A stretch of 40,066 nt of DNA from Eledone cirrhosa. Its lineage: Eukaryota. The position numbers and the translations under genes are program-made. The DNA is taken from NCBI GenBank assembly GCA_964016885.1, contig CAXHJY010000348.1, forward strand, positions 1 through 40,066, written 5' to 3'. Positions 33,402 to 40,066 of this stretch are shown piece by piece (within the stretch, counting starts at the first letter, position 1; every line of letters starts with the position of its first letter). Below the pieces are notes generated by a model. That model was not told where the DNA came from, did no database searches, and was given only the letters and a program-made list of their open reading frames with translations.

Positions 33402-33725
33402 CAAAAGGGATATTCAATTTGTTGGTAATTCAACAAATATAAATGTTTATATATATGTGTGTGTGAGTGTAGATTTGTATGTGTATGCATTAACTCATAC
33501 GTAAACACACAAATATACATATAGGTATGTGCATCTATCTACACACACTGAAAACGTCAATAAAAGTTTCACAAGAAATATTTTTACCTACCTGCCAATC
33601 CAATTTCTAAAGTTGTACGACTCCGTGGTAATCCGAGTAATGAAGAAATGAGGAACAGAGAAGAATAAAGAAAGCAGGTAGGGAGGGGAGAGGGTGGTGG
33701 GAGTTACTTCTCAGTGGTTGTTGGT

Positions 33726-34003
33726 AACAATAATAATCGTTTCTGATTTAGGCACAAGGCCAGAAATTCTGGGGGCGGGGGAAAGTCGATCGAATCGACC
33801 TCAGTGCGTGACTGGTACTTTATTTTATCGACCCTGTAAGGATGAAAGGCAAGACTAACCTCGGTGGGATGATTTCTAATTCAGGCACATGGCTAGAAGT
33901 TTTGAAGAGAGAAGGGGGAGAAATAATTTACATCGACCTCAGTATTTGACTGGTACTACTATATTTTATCCATCCAGAAAGGATGAAAGGCAAAGTTAAT
34001 TCG
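33726..34003 (-). mobile_element. Two partial SINE family A copies
   Basis: Two successive GGCACA(A/T)GGC...TGGTACT...GGATGAAAGGCAA blocks. Confidence 0.75.
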
Positions 34004-34124
34004 TTATAAATGGCAGAACTACTACTAAATTTCGAGGTGGTGGAGAGGAAAGTTTGCGCAATCGAAACACGGGGGAAGAAACGTCTTGTAACTCACTGCT
34101 TGTAATGAAAGAAAAAAAAAATGG

Positions 34125-34560
34125 GTGATGGTGTAGGGTGGTGTGTTTGCTGCAAGTTGGTGGCGGTGTAGGGGTGTGTATTGTTGCAAGCTAGTGGCGG
34201 TGAAGTAGTGGCAATTAGGATGGTGGTGGTATGTCTTGCTACAGGTGGGTGGCGATGTAGTGGTAGTGTGTTGCTGCAAGTTAGTGGCGGTGTTGTGGTG
34301 GTAATTATGACAGTAGTGGCGTGTGTTACTGCGGGTGGGTGGCGGCGTAGTGTTGGTAATTAGGATGATGGTGGTGTAGTAGTGGTAATTAAGATGGTGA
34401 CGATGTAGTGGTGTGTATTGCTGCAAGTTGGTGGTGGTGTAGTGGTGGTAATTACGACAGTAGTGGGAGTGTTACTGCGGATGGGTGGTGGTGGTGGTGT
34501 AGGGCGTGTATTGCTGCAAGTTGGTGGCGGTGTAGGAGTGTGTATTGCTGCAGCTATTGA
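34125..34560. repeat. Degenerate GT-rich tandem repeat
   Basis: Recurrent TGCTGCAAGTTGGTGGCGGTGTAG and GTAGTGGTAATTA modules. Confidence 0.85.
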
Positions 34561-35109
34561 TGTTGTATCTGAAAGAAGGGGTTGCGATAGTTTAACGTAG
34601 CTTGCTGTTGTTGTTTTGTGGCAAGTCAATCCCTGATAGACAATTTCATCTATCTCACTGGACATTACATATATACGACTACGTTAGCTAATGAGCCATT
34701 CCCTTTTATGTAGAAGACAGTATAGTGTAATTGGAGAGAGAATTGGCTGCTATTTCCAGCAGGTAGAGAAACCACGTAGATGCTCCCACGTTGTCTTCTG
34801 ACAGTTGTTAGTGCTGCTGCTGTTATTAGTGGTGGTTGTGCGTTGGGAGGGGGAAATACTCCTTCTTTACAATGGTGGTGGTGGTGGCGTCATGTCATCT
34901 CTGATCTAATAGATGGATAATCGAAGACACTCCAGCTGTGATTATCTCGTTTTTGTTTAAAATATAGTTTTCATGATTACATTATCTTGCATACACATGC
35001 TTCCTTTCCTTTTTAATAACACAGTGTATGATTCGAAGGGAATTTTGCTGCTAATTCTAGCGGGTCGGATGTATATGAATATATGTGTGTTTGTATATGT
35101 ATGTGTACA

Positions 35110-35390
35110 CACACAACCACACCCATGACACCCCTGTACCCTCCACTTCAGCCCCTGTCCCAAAGGCCAGACCTTTCGCCTACACCCCTCAATCTATTAA
35201 TCTCATCTCAACAACCTTTTCCTAACTTTCACACACTACTTTCGTACATCTACCTTCTCTCTCCTTATCTGAACTTTCCTGATGAAGGACTTCTGTCCAA
35301 AACGTTAAACCCTCCTCCATTTCCCCTAAGCGTGAGCCTAATATAACTGCGTATTTTTACATCCCTGTGTTTGTTTTGTTTCCTTTATTA
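35110..35390 (+). mobile_element. Divergent Penelope-like terminal repeat with degenerate hammerhead (35275-35310)
   Basis: CTGATGA-A-GGAC ttct GTCC-AAAA-CGTT. Also shares CCCCTCAATCTAT and AAGCGT...CCTAATATA with copies 1 and 2. Confidence 0.5.
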
Positions 35391-35594
35391 ATTATACATA
35401 TGTATATATACATACCTATATATGGCTAAAACTGAAGCATATATACAGTATGTACCACCCCACCCCACGCTCCTATACATCTCCCACGAGGGCAGTACAA
35501 AGTATGCATCCAGTAAAAGCCCCCAACCTACACTGTAAAGTGGTCGTGATGATGACACAGCAAAAAGCGCCCAGCCCACACAAATTTATTTATT

Positions 35595-35643
<49 letters not shown>

Positions 35644-35822
35644 GTCTGCAGTGCTGAGGATATCACTAATCATGTCAGTCCTCGATACATGGGGAGATGT
35701 AGAGTGGGTATAGGGATGTGCAAAATCGTGACCACAACGCCAAGCAGTTTCAGCTCGTGTCAAACCAAAACCGTTTGACACCATGGTCAGGATTTTACCT
35801 ATCTCCCTCTCTTTCTATATAT

Positions 35823-36143
35823 ATTTCGTTTCATTTTTTCCATTTATCGTTTTCGGTGCACCCGGCCGATTAACCCACTCGATATGCAAATTGGGCTACT
35901 CAGCCGTTAATATGCATAAGGTAAGTATATACGTTCAACAATCTGGCATGAAGGTATACGTTGCTGACGATAGCTAATAAGCTTGAAACTAGTACAGCGT
36001 TCCTTTGTCAGTGTTGAACAAACGAGCAACGATGGTTGCTGGACACTACGGCTTAATACGGGATGTTTGTTTACAAACACACCGAGCATTATAATAAATG
36101 TTCGGTGAATCCATACGTACATATATATATATGTGTGTGCATG

Positions 36144-36184
<41 letters not shown>

Positions 36185-36713
36185 TACTGTACGTCTGTAT
36201 ACATATATGTATGTACGTGTACATACTTATATTTAAGTAACAGCCGTACTAAGAGTGGGAAATGAAATTTCGTTTAATTTTTTCCGTTTATCGTTTTCGG
36301 TGCACCCGGCCGATTAACCCACTCGATATACAAATTGGGCTACTCAGCCGTTAATATGCATAAGGTAAGTATATACGTTCAACAATCTGGCGGGGAGGTA
36401 TACGTTGCTGACGATAGCTAATAAGCTTGAAACTAGTACAGCGTTCCTTTGTCAGTGTTGAACAAACGAGCAGCGATGGTTGCTGGACACTACGGCTTAA
36501 TACGGGATGTTTGTTTACAAACACACCGAGCATTATAATAAATGTTCGGTGAATCCATACGTACATATATATATGTGTGCGTGTATGTATATATATACAT
36601 ACATACATATATGTATACAGACGTACAGTAGTATGTACGTGTACATACTTATATTTAAGTAACAGCCGTACTAAGAGTGGGAAATGAAATTTCGTTTCAT
36701 TTTTTCCGTTTAT
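35823..36713. repeat. Tandem duplication (units start at 35823 and 36267, with a ~25-bp third start at 36689)
   Basis: Two near-identical units of 444 and 422 bp, differing mainly in the internal microsatellite. Confidence 0.95.
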
Positions 36714-37389
36714 ATATATAAGCAAAAGGGATATTTAATTTGTTGGTAATTCAACAAATATAACTGATTCGAAGCACTCGACAAATTTTTCTGGAGTATA
36801 ATATTCAATGATATTAAATAAATTACATATATATTAAATTACATATATATATGTATTTTTTTATGATTTGTGTTAAAGAATAAAAACTAACGATAAAGTA
36901 AAAATATATTTTTTTAAATGCTGCTCCTTAGGGTTAACTTATAGGTAAGTCCAGCACTGGTGAAGTTGTAACTACTGGTAGAATTGTAGGGATGGTGTAA
37001 TAATATACAGCATATCTTGGGCACTTTAAATTTAGTGGAGTCCATCTTTCCATATCTGATCACAGCTGGGTTTTTTTCCAAAGAAGCAGAGAGTTTGATA
37101 AAAAGGTGGGCAAGAAAGAGATATAGAGAAATATATCGACCTCAGTACTGAAATGGTACTTTTTTTTTTTTCTTTTAATTTTTTTTTTTTTTATTAACCT
37201 CGAACAGATGAAAGGCAATGTTGACCTCAGTCAGTGTAGAGAGTTGAAACAAACACCACAAAATATTCTATCTGACATTTTAATGACTACCAATTCGCTG
37301 CTATAATCAACAATAAGTTTTGAAAAAAAAAAATTAAACAATAAACAATATTGGTAGTCGATCTCTTGGGCTTTTGAAGAATATATATA

Positions 37390-37566
37390 TAATGTAAAGA
37401 ATGATGTACTCATGTGCAGAGATACTATAAAATAGGGCATTTAGGAAATATTCCTCATAGCAGTGTTTTTCTGGCAATTTCTTTTTCCATCTTTTATAGG
37501 TCTTCATCCTATTTTATAAGCTATTTTGTACCATCTTTGTGCATGAGCACATCATTCTTTACATTA
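37390..37566. mobile_element. MITE-like element with 46-bp inverted repeats
   Basis: 37390-37435 versus the reverse complement of 37521-37566 match 39/46. The ends begin with TA. Confidence 0.72.
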
Positions 37567-38037
37567 ACTCTAACAATAAATGCTTGCTTACTGATATCAG
37601 GAAGCAAAGAAAAAAGTAAATTGAGAGAAAAAGTTTCTGGTTTGTTCAATTTTATTTAGTTTTCATCAATGTAAAAAACATTTATACACATAGCTATTTA
37701 TTGGAATGTTTAAGCAATTAAAACAAATATGAACATAATATGTCAAAAAATAGATTCAAATACTCTCCTTGTTGACTAGAAAAATAGTTTGTAAAAACTG
37801 GTTTATTCTTTAGAATTTAAGGCACTTAAAATATCTGAAGTGAGTAATAAGGATATTTATTATTACAATTTTTAACTTTGACACATTTTGTAGGGAAGAG
37901 TTTAAATTAATTGAATCAACGAAAGTACATTAATAGCACTGTTTTACCAATGCTGAGGGGATGGACAGTAAAATTGCCCCCAAACACCTTGTGGGTAACT
38001 AAATTCAGAATATAATCAGAAATAAACTCTTTTATAT

Positions 38038-39875
38038 AATACTTTCTGAGTTAGGCACAAGGCCAACAATTTTGGTGGAAGGAAAATTTGATTAAATCAA
38101 CCCCAGTGCGTTACCGGTACTTTATTTCATCGACTCCATAAGGCTGAAAGGCAAAGCGAACCTAAATGGGAATTATATAATAACATTTAGTCTGATGCTA
38201 TCTGGTTATGTTCTTATAAAAATAATTGTTTCTACTTTTTGGCACAAAGGCCAGCAATTACCCAGTACATTACTGGTACTTTATTTTATCAACTCCGTAA
38301 GGATGAAAGGCAAAGTTAACCTCGGCGGGATTTGAACTCAAAATGGCAAGGGCCGTAACTATGCGTCAAAGTGGCGTCCGACCCTCTACCGATACTGCCA
38401 ATTCACCGAAAAATAATGATTTCTAAAGTAGGCACAATCTGTAGATTATCAGTAGGGGGGGTGTAGTTGATTTAGTCAACCCCATTACTCAACTGGAACT
38501 TCTTTTAAAGTGTTCCCCCTCCACAGAAAAACGAAAGGCAAAGTCAATCATGGCACTAAATTGCACGTTTTAACAATAATTTGTTTCTACTTTAAGCACA
38601 AGGCCAGCAATTATCCAGTGCATATACTGGTACTTTATTTTATCGACCCCGTAAGGATGAAAGGCAAAGTCAACCTCGGCGGGATTTGAACTCAGATCGT
38701 AAAGGGGACGTTCTAAAAGACAAGAACAGCAACTTGATGGGGGAAATGGAAATTCGATTAAATCGACCCCCTGGTATTTTATTTTATTGGAACAAGGACA
38801 ACAGCTAGTTGAGAGGGAGAAGTCGATTACATCGACATCAGTATATGACAGGTACTTTATTTTATCAACCCCTGACAACTACAGCAACAAAAATGTCTTG
38901 CTTATGGATAAAATTACAAATTTATAGAAGAAAGTTTTCTTAATAATAAAAATGATTATTATGATAACAGTAATAATGGTTTCATCCATTGGTAGAATGT
39001 AATTAGAAGGACGGTATAATGAATTGGATTAACTTAATATATAACTGGTGTTCACTAACTTTGGCAGGATAATTAATATTTTAAGTCAATTTCAGCAGGA
39101 TATGAACTGGAAACGAGAAGGGAGATAACTCAGTGATATAAGTAGTGCTGTACCATTTCCAATAGTTCACTACTCTATACAATAACAATAATAACAGTTT
39201 CTGTTTTAGGCACAAGGCCAGCAATTTTGAAAGACCGAAAGTCGATTAAATCGATCCAAATATGTTACAGGTACTTTAATTTATCAACCCTGTAAGGATG
39301 AAAGGCAAAGCTAACCTCGACAGGATTTTAGCTCAATAATAATAATAGTGTCTACTTTAGGCATAAGGCCAGCAATTTGAAGGAGAGGGAAAGTCCATTA
39401 AATCGACCCCAGCACTTATCAGTGCTTTATTTTATCGACTCTGTAAGGATGAAAGGCAAAGCTAACCTCTGCGGGATTTGAACTCAGAATGTAAAGGGAC
39501 GTAACTATGTTGCAAAGCATGTTGACCGATACTTTACCAACACTGCTAATCCACCACCCTTTTATAAGTTAACTTCGACCAGATTTGAACTTAGAGTGCA
39601 GAGAGGCAAAAGATAATACCAAGGCATTTAATCCGACGCCCTAACGACTGTGCCAATTCACCGATTGCCCTTTAATAATAATAACTGTTTCTACTTTTGG
39701 CACAAGTTCCAGCAATTACCCCAGTGCATTACTAGTGCTTTATTTTATCAACCCTGTAAGGATGAAAAGCAAAGCTACCCTTATTAGGATTTAAACTCAG
39801 AACGTAAAGGGCTATAACTCTATGCTGCAAAGCATGGTGTCTGACACTCTACCGATACTGCCGACCCACCGCCCC
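38038..39875 (-). mobile_element. Head-to-tail cluster of about 10 full and partial SINE family A copies
   Basis: Repeated (AAT)n-GTTTCT...GGCACAAGGCC...GGATGAAAGGCAAAG...GATTTGAACTC blocks. The best copies are at ~38222-38410, 39345-39560 and 39685-39875. Confidence 0.88.
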
Positions 39876-40066
39876 TTAATGACCATGATATTAAATTGCT
39901 TCCCTACTCCAGGATTTCACTGCTACTTTATAGACTTTTTGAAAGAATGAAAAATATAGTTGATCCAAGTATAAATATAACTAAATATTCCGTGGTTCTA
40001 CTTGTCCAGCAAGTGAGTTAATTCGAGACTGTGTTGAAACTAAAGAGAAGAGTCATTTTAATCAGT

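Noticed and set aside
30630-33700. Scattered splice-like signals (~30720 +, ~31472 -, ~33147 -, ~33590 -)
   Set aside because: Candidate exons give no recognisable protein or consistent gene model. RNA-seq would be needed.
34025-34665. Thr/Pro-rich mucin-like ORFs
   Set aside because: Derived from a degenerate ACC-rich tandem repeat, with the frame not maintained between the two ORFs.

Overview
AT-rich, repeat-dominated eukaryotic DNA. The SINE families present suggest an octopod cephalopod; this is inferred from recalled repeat motifs, not from a search. I found no supportable host protein-coding gene, rRNA, tRNA or CRISPR array. Nearly all Ile/Tyr-rich ORFs come from a ~10-kb interrupted (TA)n array (1241-11316). 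The window holds remnants of at least four non-LTR retrotransposon lineages (CR1/L2-group, RTE, R4/Dong, CRE), a decayed mariner inserted exactly into the R4/Dong endonuclease motif, four MITEs (piggyBac-type, hAT-type, Tc1/mariner-type, unclassified), about 25 tRNA-derived SINE copies all on the - strand, several minisatellites and local duplications. The most notable observations are: three Penelope-type minimal hammerhead ribozyme motifs; a ~2.7-kb hidden foldback inside the TA array; a near-intact GC-rich CRE fragment enclosed by ~70-bp inverted repeats; an indel-free 16 x 40-bp array with 120-bp higher-order structure; and a 32-bp micro-inversion distinguishing two tandem copies. I cannot claim a new biological system from this sequence alone.
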